Below, in pieces: positions 19,738 to 29,574 of a stretch of DNA of 64,000 bases; position 1 is the stretch's first letter; every line of letters begins with the position of its first letter. Origin of the DNA: Alphaproteobacteria bacterium (GTDB lineage: Bacteria; Pseudomonadota; Alphaproteobacteria; Puniceispirillales; Marisalimonadaceae). Location of the stretch: contig JAYPPQ010000004.1 in the NCBI GenBank assembly GCA_038131545.1, forward strand, positions 599,095-663,094, written 5' to 3'. The position numbers and the translations under genes are program-made. The notes beneath the pieces were generated by a model. The model was given only the letters and a program-made list of their open reading frames with translations, did no database searches and was not told where the DNA came from.

Positions 19738-20832
19738 TTATTTAATTAAATCTAAAATTTGAGATGTTATTTCAGTAGTGGACATATCCCCTCCAAATTC
19801 GAATGGTCTTAACAAATTTTTATTAAATCCTTCTTCAATAGCATTTTCTATTATTAATGCAGCTTCATTTGCTTGTGGGCAATTTTTTTTATCAGCAAGA
19901 TATTCTAACATCAATGATCCACTTAAAATTGTTGCAAGTGGATTTGCTTTATTTTTACCCATAATATCTGGCGCACTTCCATGAGCTGGTTGAAATAGAC
20001 CGTGATTATCACCAATTTCTCCGCAAGATGCCATGCCCATACCACCAACTAAGCCTCCACCCAAATCTGAAAGTATATCGCCAAATATATTTTCCATTAC
20101 CATAACATCATATTCCCATGGTTGTCGGATTAAATTAAGAGCCATAGCATCTACATAGCATGTGTCAGCCTCTATGTTTGGAAAATTATCTTTAATTTCA
20201 TTAAATATTTTTCTAAATAAAGCTTGTGACTTAAAAACGTTAGCCTTATCAACACATGTTACTTTTCCAAGTTTTCCTTTTTGTTTTCTTTTTTCAGCTA
20301 GCTTAAATGCAAAATTATGAAGTCTTGTTGTTGTATTTCTTGTTATTCTCATGATGTCTTCGACTTCATTATTATTTGCAATTTTATTTCTATTATGAAC
20401 TGCTGCAGTATAAAACAAACCTTCAGTGCACTCTCTTAGTACTACCAAGTCAATTTTTTCAGCATTTTTGTTGCTTAATCGCTGAGGTGTGTTCTTGTAT
20501 GCTTTTACAGGTCTAACGCCAGCATAAAGATTAAATACTTCCCTAAATCTTAAATGAGGTGCTATTTCTGTTCCATCGTCTTTTCTTATGCTTGGAAGTC
20601 CTATTGCTCCTAAGAAAATTGCATCTGATTGTTCTGCTTTTTTCTCTCCATCATCTTCTACGTCTTTCCCAGTTTCTTTATAATAAGCAGCTCCAGCTTT
20701 TATGAAATTCCATTCAAAATTTAAACCGCCAACAGCATTAGATGCTTTTTCAATTATTTCTATTGCAGAATTAATAACATCAGGTCCTATACCATCACCT
20801 TTAAATGTTGCAATATTAAATGTTTCACTCAT
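19738..20832 (-). CDS. tartrate dehydrogenase/decarboxylase - D-malate dehydrogenase family (IPMDH/ICDH superfamily)
   Basis: FKGDGIGPDV N-terminus; MENIFGDILSDLGGGLVGGMGM; GLFQPAHGSAPDI. Confidence 0.75.
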   Translation of the reverse strand: MSETFNIATFKGDGIGPDVINSAIEIIEKASNAVGGLNFEWNFIKAGAAYYKETGKDVEDDGEKKAEQSDAIFLGAIGLPSIRKDDGTEIAPHLRFREVFNLYAGVRPVKAYKNTPQRLSNKNAEKIDLVVLRECTEGLFYTAAVHNRNKIANNNEVEDIMRITRNTTTRLHNFAFKLAEKRKQKGKLGKVTCVDKANVFKSQALFRKIFNEIKDNFPNIEADTCYVDAMALNLIRQPWEYDVMVMENIFGDILSDLGGGLVGGMGMASCGEIGDNHGLFQPAHGSAPDIMGKNKANPLATILSGSLMLEYLADKKNCPQANEAALIIENAIEEGFNKNLLRPFEFGGDMSTTEITSQILDLIK

Positions 20833-20908
20833 TAGTTTAACCTATTTTATTACTTAAATATTACATTATATTATATAATAACAAGATCGAGTAATTTGTT
20901 TTCTAATT

Positions 20909-21886
20909 ATGTTCAAATTTAAATTCAATAAAACACATTTTTCCAAATTGTCTGATAAACATGTGCTCGCCTTAGCAATTTACGCTGAAGAAGAAGATTC
21001 TAAGATTTATTATTATTTTGCAAATACCTTTAAAAAAGATTTTCCTGAAACAGCTAAATTATTTGATGAAATGGGAAAAGAAGAAAATGAACATCGAAAA
21101 CTATTAATTGATTTATATAAAAAGAAATTTGGAAATAGTATTCCGATAGTAAAAAGAGAACACGTATCTGGATTTTATAAAAGAAAGCCAATTTGGTTAA
21201 TTGAAAATTTAAAATTAGATGCTGCTAGAGATGAAATTAGAAAAATGGAAAATGATGCTGCCAAATTTTATTTTGATGCTGCTCAGAGAACATCTGATGC
21301 AAGTATAAGAAAATTACTAGGGGACCTAGCAATCATCGAATCCAAACATGAAGATAGAGCGATAAAAAGAGCAAGAGAGCTTGATGAAAAAAAATCTGCA
21401 ATAAAAGAATTAGAAAAAGATAAAAAGCAATTTTTATTAACATGGGTTCAGCCTGGACTTGCTGGCTTGATGGATGGGTCAGTTTCGACTTTAGCCCCAA
21501 TATTTGCAACTGCTTTTGCAACCATGAATTCACATACGACACTACTTGTTGGACTTGCAGCATCAATTGGAGCTGGAATATCCATGGGTTTTACTGAAGC
21601 TGTACATGACGATGGTATAATATCAGGACGGGGATCTCCTGTTAAAAGAGGATTTGCTTCTGGGGTGATGACAACTTTAGGTGGTTTAGGTCATGCACTG
21701 CCTTATTTGATAACAGATTTCTACACTGCAACGGTATTAGCAATATTAATTGTTTTTTTTGAGTTGTGGTTAATTGCATGGATACAAAACAAATACATGA
21801 AAATTAGTTTTTCTAAAGCAATTTTCCAAGTTGTGTTTGGAGGTTCCTTAGTACTTGGCGCAGGCATATTGATAGGTGGTGTGTAA
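20909..21886 (+). CDS. mbfA: erythrin (ferritin-like) + VIT1/CCC1 membrane iron exporter (MbfA-like)
   Basis: N-terminal rubrerythrin-like EExxH repeats (EEDSKIYY..., GKEENEHRK, IESKHEDR) followed by a 5-TM VIT1-type domain. Confidence 0.7.
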   Translation: MFKFKFNKTHFSKLSDKHVLALAIYAEEEDSKIYYYFANTFKKDFPETAKLFDEMGKEENEHRKLLIDLYKKKFGNSIPIVKREHVSGFYKRKPIWLIENLKLDAARDEIRKMENDAAKFYFDAAQRTSDASIRKLLGDLAIIESKHEDRAIKRARELDEKKSAIKELEKDKKQFLLTWVQPGLAGLMDGSVSTLAPIFATAFATMNSHTTLLVGLAASIGAGISMGFTEAVHDDGIISGRGSPVKRGFASGVMTTLGGLGHALPYLITDFYTATVLAILIVFFELWLIAWIQNKYMKISFSKAIFQVVFGGSLVLGAGILIGGV

Positions 21887-21905
21887 CAATTTGACATATG
21901 ATAAT

Positions 21906-21924
21906 AATAATGATAATGATTCTC
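21906..21924. promoter_or_regulatory. Fur box upstream of the Fe3+ binding-protein gene
   Basis: AATAATGATAATGATTCTC matches the 19-bp consensus GATAATGATAATCATTATC at 16/19 positions. TTGACA at 21891-21896 lies just upstream. The site is 18 bp before the ATG at 21942. Confidence 0.6.
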
Positions 21925-21941
21925 ATTAACAATTAATTTTA

Positions 21942-22964
21942 ATGGAGAATATAATGTTTTTAAAAATTTTTGTATTAATGAGTTCTTTATTAATTATGTT
22001 GAGTTCTTCATTTGCCGATGAACTTAATATCTACTCTTATAGAAAACCATTTCTTTTAAAACCTTTTCTTGATGAATATTCCAAACAAACAAAAATCAAA
22101 TTTAATGTTCTTCATCTAAAAAAAGGAATGGCTCAAAGATTACTTTCTGAGGGAAAAAATACAAAAGCAGATATAATTTTAACAGTAGATATATCAAGAA
22201 TAACTGAATTAAAAGATTATGATTTATTAAAATCTATTAGTTCACAAGTGATTAATAATAACGTTCCAAACCATTTAGTTGATAGTGACAACAAATGGGT
22301 GGCATTATCAACTCGAGCTAGGATAATTGGGGTGTCAAAAAGCAGAGTTAATAAAGATGAAATTAAAAGGATAGAGGATTTAGCTAAACCTCAATTTAAA
22401 AATAAAATATGCACAAGAAAAGGAAGTCATCCATACAATAGAGCTTTGTTATCTTCAATCATAAGTCATAACGGATATAATCAAGCTTTAATATGGGCTA
22501 AAGGATTAGTAAAAAATTTTGCTAGAAAACCACAAGGTAATGATAGAGCGCAGGCAAAAGCAATATTTTCTGGTGAATGTGACATAGTGTTAATGAATAC
22601 ATATTATTTTGGCATGATGAAATTTAATACAAAAAACCCTGAACAACAAAAATGGGCAGATGCAACTGATATCATATTTTTTAATCAAAATGATAGGGGG
22701 CAGCATATTAATGTTTCTGCAGGGGGGATATCAAAGCATTCTAAAAATTCAAAAGAAAGTTTAAAGTTTTTAGAATGGTTAACAAGTGAAAAGGCACAAA
22801 AAATATATTCTGAAATAAACTATGAATATCCTGTAAATAAAAATATTAAACCATCAGGTAAAATTACAATGTGGGGCTCTTTCAAATCAGATGAAATTAA
22901 TATTACTACTATTTCTAAAAATGCACCAAAAGCACAAGAAATTATAGATAAAGTAGGTTGGTAA
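21942..22964 (+). CDS. fbpA: Fe(3+) ABC transporter substrate-binding protein
   Basis: Signal peptide, then ELNIYSYRKP...; FbpA/SfuA/AfuA-like; 340 aa. Confidence 0.75.
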   Translation: MENIMFLKIFVLMSSLLIMLSSSFADELNIYSYRKPFLLKPFLDEYSKQTKIKFNVLHLKKGMAQRLLSEGKNTKADIILTVDISRITELKDYDLLKSISSQVINNNVPNHLVDSDNKWVALSTRARIIGVSKSRVNKDEIKRIEDLAKPQFKNKICTRKGSHPYNRALLSSIISHNGYNQALIWAKGLVKNFARKPQGNDRAQAKAIFSGECDIVLMNTYYFGMMKFNTKNPEQQKWADATDIIFFNQNDRGQHINVSAGGISKHSKNSKESLKFLEWLTSEKAQKIYSEINYEYPVNKNIKPSGKITMWGSFKSDEINITTISKNAPKAQEIIDKVGW

Positions 22965-22978
22965 TTTTAAAAAAAACA

Positions 22979-23000
22979 GTTATCATATCATTATGATAAC
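22979..23000. promoter_or_regulatory. imperfect palindrome GTTATCAT-N6-ATGATAAC (Fur-like operator or weak terminator)
   Basis: 8-bp inverted arms made of GATAAC/ATCAT hexamers, between fbpA and the SDR gene. Confidence 0.3.
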
Positions 23001-23018
23001 CATTTGTAATATATTTAT

Positions 23019-23750
23019 ATGAACGAAAATATAATTATTCTGACAGGTGGTAGCAGAGGTATAGGTCATGCTACTTCAAAAAAATTTTGGGAAGAAGGAT
23101 GGAGAGTGATCACCTGCTCAAGATCTGAAGTTGCCCCTCAATGTCCATGGGAAAAAAATAAGACAGATCATTTTCAAATAGATCTAGAAGATTTAGATGA
23201 TTTAAGAAAAAAAGTTAAAGACTTACAAGCCTTACTAAAAGGTAAACCTGTCAAAGCATTAATAAATAACGCAGCTATTTCCCCTAAAAATGAAAAAAAT
23301 AACAGACTTAATTTTGATGAAACTGATGTAAATTTGTGGCAAAAAGTATTTAATGTAAATTTCTTTTCACCTATAATTTTATCTAAAAGTTTAATTCCAA
23401 ATCTTCAATTAGCAAATGGTGTAATAATAAATATTACTTCGATTGCAAGTGATATGGTTCATGAATTTGCAGGGCCAGCTTATGCCACCTCAAAAGCAGC
23501 ACTTAAATCATTGACTAGAGAAATGGCATCTGATTTAAGCCAATATAATATTAGAGTAAATGCTATTGCCCCTGGAGAAATTGAAACTAGTATGATTACA
23601 AAAAATTCTCAACATTTGATCAAACAAATTCCAATGGGTAGATTTGGAAAACCTGAAGAAGTAGCTTCTGTAATATTTTCAATGTGTTCAGAATCATTTT
23701 CATACGTTAACGGAACAGAAATCCAAATTAATGGTGGACAGACTGTTTAA
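23019..23750 (+). CDS. SDR family oxidoreductase
   Basis: LTGGSRGIGHAT and YATSKAALKSL motifs. Confidence 0.8.
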   Translation: MNENIIILTGGSRGIGHATSKKFWEEGWRVITCSRSEVAPQCPWEKNKTDHFQIDLEDLDDLRKKVKDLQALLKGKPVKALINNAAISPKNEKNNRLNFDETDVNLWQKVFNVNFFSPIILSKSLIPNLQLANGVIINITSIASDMVHEFAGPAYATSKAALKSLTREMASDLSQYNIRVNAIAPGEIETSMITKNSQHLIKQIPMGRFGKPEEVASVIFSMCSESFSYVNGTEIQINGGQTV

Positions 23751-23862
23751 TATTAAAGGAAATTTAAAATATATAGGTATAGGAGCATTTTTATTTTTTT
23801 TAATTAAAGGAATAATCTGGCTAATAATAGGTGGATCTCTTTTAAACTATTTTTTAAATTAA
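23731..23862 (+). CDS. possible 43-aa hydrophobic small protein
   Basis: ATG-initiated ORF MVDRLFNIKGNLKYIGIGAFLFFLIKGIIWLIIGGSLLNYFLN with one clear TM-like helix. It is not on the ORF track because it is too short. There is no homology evidence. Confidence 0.2.
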   Translation: MVDRLFNIKGNLKYIGIGAFLFFLIKGIIWLIIGGSLLNYFLN

Positions 23863-23873
23863 TAAAAACTGTT

Positions 23874-24278
23874 TTATTTTTTTATTTTTTTCCCAAACAA
23901 TTCAAGTCTATGATCAACTAATTCATAGCCCATATTTAATGCAACTTGACGTTTCATTTCCTCTAATTCTTCATTTTGAAATTCTATAATTTCACCAGTT
24001 TCAACATCAATGAGATGTTCATGATGTTCACCAGCTTCTTCATACCTTGCTCTTCCATCTCCTATATCAAGTTTTTCTATTATACCAGCTTCTTCGAACA
24101 ATTTAATTGTTCTATAAACAGTGGCAATTGAAATGGATCTATCTTTTTCAACGGCTCTTCTATAAAGTTCTTCTACATCTGGATGATCTTCTGAAGCTTC
24201 AATGACTTCAAGGATAACTTTTCTAGGTAAAGTCATTCTTAGTCCAACTTTTAAGCATTTATCATACAATTCGGGCAT
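23874..24278 (-). CDS. fur: Fur family transcriptional regulator
   Basis: Winged-helix ...ISIATVYRTIKLFEEAGII... and HHEHLID metal-site motif; 134 aa. Confidence 0.85.
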   Translation of the reverse strand: MPELYDKCLKVGLRMTLPRKVILEVIEASEDHPDVEELYRRAVEKDRSISIATVYRTIKLFEEAGIIEKLDIGDGRARYEEAGEHHEHLIDVETGEIIEFQNEELEEMKRQVALNMGYELVDHRLELFGKKIKK

Positions 24279-24329
24279 GTTTTTTTATACAATAGATTCA
24301 ACTAAAATTAAATAAATTATAATTACAAA

Positions 24330-25970
24330 TTATTTTTTAATAAAAGTTTTATAAATTATAAAAACTGGCAATAAACTAGCAATTATAATTATTAGGGACG
24401 GTAAAGCAGCTTTTTCAAGCATTTCATCACTAGCATATTGATAAATATGAGTTGTAAGGGTTTCGAAGTTAAAAGGCCTTAGCAACAAGGTAATTGGTAA
24501 TTCTTTGATAATGTCAATAAATGTAAGTATAAAGCCGATTAAAATAGATGATTTAAGTAAAGGTAATAAAATTTTCTTTGTTCCATGAACAAATGATTGG
24601 CCAAGCGTAAGATTAGCTTCAATTAAATTTTTAGGAATTCTGGACAACCCAGTATTTATAGAACCAAGACCAATAGAATTAAATCTTACAGTAAGAGCTA
24701 AAATTAAACCAAAAAAACCACCAATAAATGAAAAATTTAAATTAAATTCAAAAAAATCAAGAAAACTATTAATTTGAAACTGTAAATTTCCTAAAAAGAA
24801 AAGAGTTCCAAGAGCTATAACAACCCCTGGAAAAGCATATCCAGAACCTAGAATGGGTAGTAGAACATTAGATACTCTGGAGTTGTCATACAATTTGTAT
24901 AAACAAAAATATAATGAAGATATGACAATACTTGCTCCACCTAAAAAACCAATTAGAAAAGAGTTTTTTGTTATTATAAGAGAGTATAATAATTCATCAA
25001 AATCAAAATTGGAGAGAGTTAAATTTAACAAAATTAAAACAGGTATAATGAAACCAATAATAATGGGAATTAAACAAAGAAATAAAATTAAAAGTTTTTG
25101 AGAACGAGATGTTTTTTTAGAAAATTCATATTCATTACTAATAACATTACTATCAAATCTTTTATTTCTTCTATTTATTAACTCAATAGAGAGAATAATT
25201 ATTACAAATGAAAAAATTATTAATGAAATTTGTGAGGCGGCTTCCAAATTGTTCATACCTAACCAGAGATTAAACATTGCTAATGTCAGTGTTTCAACAG
25301 CAAAGTAATCGACAGTTCCAAAGTCAGATATGGTTTCCATTATGACTAATGCTGATCCAGCAATAATTGCAGGCCTTGATAAAGGTAAAATGACATTATA
25401 AAAAGGATTTTTCTGATTTAATATAGAAGTTTCTATTAGATTTTTTGGGGTAGTATTAAAAGCAAATTTTACCAGGAGATAAACATAAGGATACAAAGAA
25501 AAAGACAATATAAAAATTGCTCCTCCTAGAGATCTAATAGATGGAAAATAATATTCACTTGGATTAGAAAATCCAAATAATGATCTTATAAAAGTTTGAA
25601 AAGCACCGCTGTATTCAAGAAAATCTGTATAAGCATAGGCCACAATATATCCTGGGATAGCTAACGGTAAAATTAAAAGCCACTCAATATATTTTTTGAA
25701 ATAAAAATTATATTGTGTAGTCAACCAAGCTGATGACACCCCCAAAAATGTTGACAAAATGCCAACTCCAAACACTAGTATTATAGTATTATAAATGTAT
25801 AAAAATAACTTAGTATTTTTAAGGTGAATCCAAACATCTAAAGTATTTGCAAATGAATTAGTTATTAGAAATATTATTGGACATAAAATAAATATAGAAA
25901 ATAATATATTAATAAATAACCATTTATTTATTAATAAATTGTTCGAATTTAGATAGTATTTATTTTGCAA
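24330..25970 (-). CDS. fbpB: Fe(3+) ABC transporter permease (two fused permease domains)
   Basis: 546 aa with a duplicated 6-TM unit and two EAA-like loops (ETSILNQKNPF..., EANLTLGQSF...). Confidence 0.8.
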   Translation of the reverse strand: MQNKYYLNSNNLLINKWLFINILFSIFILCPIIFLITNSFANTLDVWIHLKNTKLFLYIYNTIILVFGVGILSTFLGVSSAWLTTQYNFYFKKYIEWLLILPLAIPGYIVAYAYTDFLEYSGAFQTFIRSLFGFSNPSEYYFPSIRSLGGAIFILSFSLYPYVYLLVKFAFNTTPKNLIETSILNQKNPFYNVILPLSRPAIIAGSALVIMETISDFGTVDYFAVETLTLAMFNLWLGMNNLEAASQISLIIFSFVIIILSIELINRRNKRFDSNVISNEYEFSKKTSRSQKLLILFLCLIPIIIGFIIPVLILLNLTLSNFDFDELLYSLIITKNSFLIGFLGGASIVISSLYFCLYKLYDNSRVSNVLLPILGSGYAFPGVVIALGTLFFLGNLQFQINSFLDFFEFNLNFSFIGGFFGLILALTVRFNSIGLGSINTGLSRIPKNLIEANLTLGQSFVHGTKKILLPLLKSSILIGFILTFIDIIKELPITLLLRPFNFETLTTHIYQYASDEMLEKAALPSLIIIIASLLPVFIIYKTFIKK

Positions 25971-26045
25971 TATTCATCTCATATATCTTAGAATTTGTTA
26001 TATGTATATATTGAAAAGTTATTAATTGGTAGTAATTTTAATCAA

Positions 26046-26064
26046 GATAATTATGATCAAATAA
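26046..26064. promoter_or_regulatory. weak Fur-box-like site in the fbpB / thrC-like divergent region
   Basis: GATAATTATGATCAAATAA matches the Fur consensus at 12/19 positions. Confidence 0.3.
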
Positions 26065-27284
26065 TGGATTTAAATCAAACATTTGTTAGTCATTTATCAT
26101 GCTCTTTAACTGGAGAAAAATATGATGCAAGTGAGATACATAACCTTTCTAAAGTAGGTAAACCACTTTTAGTAAATTATCATTTAGACCAAATTAAACA
26201 GAGAATTACCAAACAAGAAATTAGTCAAATAAATTTAAATGGATTATGGAAATATAGTTTTTTACTACCTGTTAAAAAAGAAAATAGAGTATCACTAAAT
26301 GAAGTTTTAACTCCTTTGATAACCCTGGATAATGTAAAAAAGAAGATTGATTACAGCGGTGATATTATTGTCAAAGATGAGAGTTATTTGCCAACAGCCT
26401 CCTTTAAGGCTAGAGGACTTTGTTTAGCAGTTTCTATGGCTAAACAGCTTGGCATTAAACATATGGCCATACCAACAAATGGAAATGCTGGCGCAGCATT
26501 AGCTGCATATTGCGCAAGAGCAAATATTAAATGTACTGTATTTTGTCCTGAGGATACTCCTGAAATAAATGTTAGAGAAATTAATGCGCTTGGAGCTGAT
26601 ACTTATCTAGTTAATGGTTTTATTAATGAGTGTGGAAAAATAGTTTTTGAAGGAAAAGAAGAAACTGGGTGGTTTGATGTATCAACTTTAAAAGAGCCCT
26701 ATAGAATAGAAGGAAAAAAAACTATGGGACTTGAGCTCGCAGAACAATTTAACTGGGAGTTACCTGATGTAATTTTTTATCCAACTGGTGGAGGAACTGG
26801 TTTAATAGGTATGTGGAAAGCATTTAATGAATTAGAGGAACTTGGATGGATCTCAAAAAAACCAAGAATGGTTGCCGTTCAATCAGATGGATGTGCACCA
26901 ATTTTTAAGGCATGGAAAGAAAATAAAGAATTTGCAGATCTTTGGGAAAATCCAAAAACAGTAGCCTCCGGAATAAGAGTTCCGATAGCAGTAGGAGATT
27001 TTTTAATTATTAGAGCTATAAATGAAAGTAATGGATTTTCAATCACAGTGTCCGATGAAGACATTTTAAATGACCGAGATTTTATATCTAAACAAGATGG
27101 ACTTTTGATGTGTCCTGAAGGAGCTGCTACGTTCTCGGCTTTTAAAAAAGCAATTAAACAAGGACTAGTCTCTAATAATGAAAAAGTTGTTTTGTTTAAT
27201 TGTGCGTCTGGTCTTAAATATCCATTATCAGATGTAAAATCTTACATCGACAAAAATGTAAAAGTTGATTATTCAAAATTTTAA
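26064..27284 (+). CDS. threonine synthase-like PLP-dependent enzyme
   Basis: PTASFKARGL PLP-lysine motif and GNAGAA. I prefer the ATG at 26064 over the TTG at 25995 used by the ORF track, because the extension would consume the divergent promoter. Confidence 0.7.
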   Translation: MDLNQTFVSHLSCSLTGEKYDASEIHNLSKVGKPLLVNYHLDQIKQRITKQEISQINLNGLWKYSFLLPVKKENRVSLNEVLTPLITLDNVKKKIDYSGDIIVKDESYLPTASFKARGLCLAVSMAKQLGIKHMAIPTNGNAGAALAAYCARANIKCTVFCPEDTPEINVREINALGADTYLVNGFINECGKIVFEGKEETGWFDVSTLKEPYRIEGKKTMGLELAEQFNWELPDVIFYPTGGGTGLIGMWKAFNELEELGWISKKPRMVAVQSDGCAPIFKAWKENKEFADLWENPKTVASGIRVPIAVGDFLIIRAINESNGFSITVSDEDILNDRDFISKQDGLLMCPEGAATFSAFKKAIKQGLVSNNEKVVLFNCASGLKYPLSDVKSYIDKNVKVDYSKF

Positions 27285-27288
27285 AATT

Positions 27289-27678
27289 TTATTTTTTTTG
27301 TAATGAAGCTTCGTCCTGCTTTTGATTTTCAACTGTGAACTCTTGTCCATTTGTAAAATCCGAAACATTTTGAATCCAAGACATATCAAATCCGTCTAAA
27401 CAACCAACATTAACTCCAAAAGCATTAGGATTTGTTCTTCTTTTATTATGAGTATTTATGCCACAAATTTTACAAAAAAAATGTTTAGCAATTTTTGTGT
27501 TCCATTGATAAATACTCAAATAATCTTCTCCACTTTCTAAATGAAATTCATCTTTATTCACAGTTGTCATTACATAACCTTTTCTACGACAATGAGAGCA
27601 GTTACATCTTCTAAGTTCTTTTAATTCACAATTAATAGAAAACTTTACTTTTCCACAATGACATTGACCTTTAATCAT
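27289..27678 (-). CDS. GFA (glutathione-dependent formaldehyde-activating / CENP-V) family protein
   Basis: GQCHCGKVKF ... CNCSHCRRKG ... FCKICG cysteine pattern. Confidence 0.75.
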   Translation of the reverse strand: MIKGQCHCGKVKFSINCELKELRRCNCSHCRRKGYVMTTVNKDEFHLESGEDYLSIYQWNTKIAKHFFCKICGINTHNKRRTNPNAFGVNVGCLDGFDMSWIQNVSDFTNGQEFTVENQKQDEASLQKK

Positions 27679-27692
27679 AAAGATTTCCTCAA

Positions 27693-28592
27693 CTAATATG
27701 AATAACCAAACTCATTATTTAAGGTATTAGCAAGTTCTGATACTTTATCATTATTGATAGATTTCAAAGGTGGTCTAACATTTAACCACTCACTAATTTT
27801 TGTTTTTTTAGCTAAGAGACCTTTTTGTGCAGGTATAGGAGCATAATCTTGAAACAACAACCTTACTTTTGTAACCTTTTTATGTAAATCTTCAGCTTTT
27901 TCCCATTCATTATCATGACAAAAATTTATAACTTTTGATATATCACCCCCGTTTAAATTTGCAGTAGCTGATATACATCCTGGAGCTCCAAGCTTTATTG
28001 CTTCAATTACTGGTAACTCTGCACCTGGATAAACAACAAGGTCATCTATCCCTAATAGAGATTTTGTATTTTCCCAATTGCCTGAACTATCTTTAATTCC
28101 AACAACAATATCAGGATAAGATTTTTTAAGTTTTGATACTAAATCAATTGAAAGTCCAACCCCAGAAACTTGAGGTATATGATATAAATAAATCTTAAGC
28201 TTGCTGTGATTAATTTCTTCAATTAATTTTTCAAAATAATCAAATAGACCTTCATCACTCATACCTTTGAAATAAAAAGGTGGTAATGTCATAACACCAT
28301 GGCAACCTAGATCTAGTGCATGTTTACTAATCATCACAGTATCTGGAAAATTACATAAACCTGTACCAGGAATTAGTTGATCAGCTTTAATACCACTATT
28401 TAATAACCCTTCTAGTGCATTCATCCTTTCTTTATTACTCAAAGATAAAGCCTCACCAGTTGTACCAAAAGGAGCTAATCCAGAGCATCCGTTTTCAAGT
28501 AAATCATGAGCAAGATCATTATACATGTTTTGATTGAATTTTAAGTCATTATCAAATGGTGATAGAATGGGTGCAATTAATCCTTTTATCAA
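27693..28592 (-). CDS. dihydrodipicolinate synthase / N-acetylneuraminate lyase family (class I aldolase)
   Basis: FGTTGE, YHIP, and GIKDSSG with the Schiff-base lysine. Confidence 0.75.
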   Translation of the reverse strand: MIKGLIAPILSPFDNDLKFNQNMYNDLAHDLLENGCSGLAPFGTTGEALSLSNKERMNALEGLLNSGIKADQLIPGTGLCNFPDTVMISKHALDLGCHGVMTLPPFYFKGMSDEGLFDYFEKLIEEINHSKLKIYLYHIPQVSGVGLSIDLVSKLKKSYPDIVVGIKDSSGNWENTKSLLGIDDLVVYPGAELPVIEAIKLGAPGCISATANLNGGDISKVINFCHDNEWEKAEDLHKKVTKVRLLFQDYAPIPAQKGLLAKKTKISEWLNVRPPLKSINNDKVSELANTLNNEFGYSY

Positions 28593-28608
28593 AAATACCT
28601 CCTAGATT

Positions 28609-29574
28609 TTATTTCCTTTGTTTTACCATTAATTTAAATTTTGGATACAAAAATTTTTGTGCAAATCCTAAAATTATAACTACAACTGACAATCTAAATA
28701 AATGGTGTGTAATTACAAATGCTGGCTCAATATTTAATAGAAAAGCTAGTAGCCCCATTTCATTTACACCACCGGGTGCAAAAGCAAGAAAAATTGCTGC
28801 TGGTGTTATATCTGAAATTAATTTTACAATTAAAATGAAAGGCAACATTGATATAATTAATGTTATTACAACTGAAATTGAATGACCTATATACTTTCCA
28901 GCAATTTTCCAACTCAATCCATTAAAGTTACTACCAAAGAAACTTCCAGATACAAGTTGTGCAAAAATTACAACCGTTATAGACATTTCAATTTTGTAAA
29001 GTTCGAATATACTTATAATTGCGCTTAATAATAAAGGTCCAAATAATCGAGGCCCAGGTAATTTAATTATTCTACCTAAAAAAACACCTAAATACACAAT
29101 AATGAATAAAATAATTAAATTTAAAAGGTCTATATCCATAACTGGCCAAATAGCTTCTCTTTCAAATGACCCTGGAAATGATATCAAAATTAGTGATGGA
29201 ATAGTAAATACTGTTAAGAAAATTCTAATCATGTGTATTATTCCAACTTGTTTGGAATCTGCGCCACATTCCTCAGCACCTAAAACCATTTCAAGAAGTC
29301 CACCTGGTGAGGCAATAAAAAAAGATTCTGGTTTTTCAATTTTTCTGAATTTATGAAGAACTAAAAAAGTTAAATAAAATGCAAAAGGGATATAAAGAGC
29401 TAATAATAATAATGTTAGAAACCATGTTTCTACATTGTCTAAAATTGATGAATCAAAAGATCCTCCTAACCAAACTCCAAGTATGCCTATAAAAGGATTT
29501 CTAAATTTAGGTGGTATTAAAACATTTACTTTAAATAAAGCAAAAATTGCGACTAAAAAAGCAGGTCCTAACAC
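28609..29574 (-). CDS. AbrB-family membrane transporter (duplicated AbrB domain)
   Basis: Multi-TM with an internal repeat. The GTG start at 29574 is the first canonical start, but the protein-like sequence continues upstream. See findings. Confidence 0.6.
   Translation of the reverse strand: MLGPAFLVAIFALFKVNVLIPPKFRNPFIGILGVWLGGSFDSSILDNVETWFLTLLLLALYIPFAFYLTFLVLHKFRKIEKPESFFIASPGGLLEMVLGAEECGADSKQVGIIHMIRIFLTVFTIPSLILISFPGSFEREAIWPVMDIDLLNLIILFIIVYLGVFLGRIIKLPGPRLFGPLLLSAIISIFELYKIEMSITVVIFAQLVSGSFFGSNFNGLSWKIAGKYIGHSISVVITLIISMLPFILIVKLISDITPAAIFLAFAPGGVNEMGLLAFLLNIEPAFVITHHLFRLSVVVIILGFAQKFLYPKFKLMVKQRK

Noticed and set aside
25995-26063. A 23-codon N-terminal extension of the threonine-synthase-like gene, from a TTG start.
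   Set aside because: The extension (MLYVYIEKLLIGSNFNQDNYDQI) is non-conserved-looking. It would leave only 24 bp for the divergent fbpB promoter, and it contains the Fur-like site. The ATG at 26064 is preferred.
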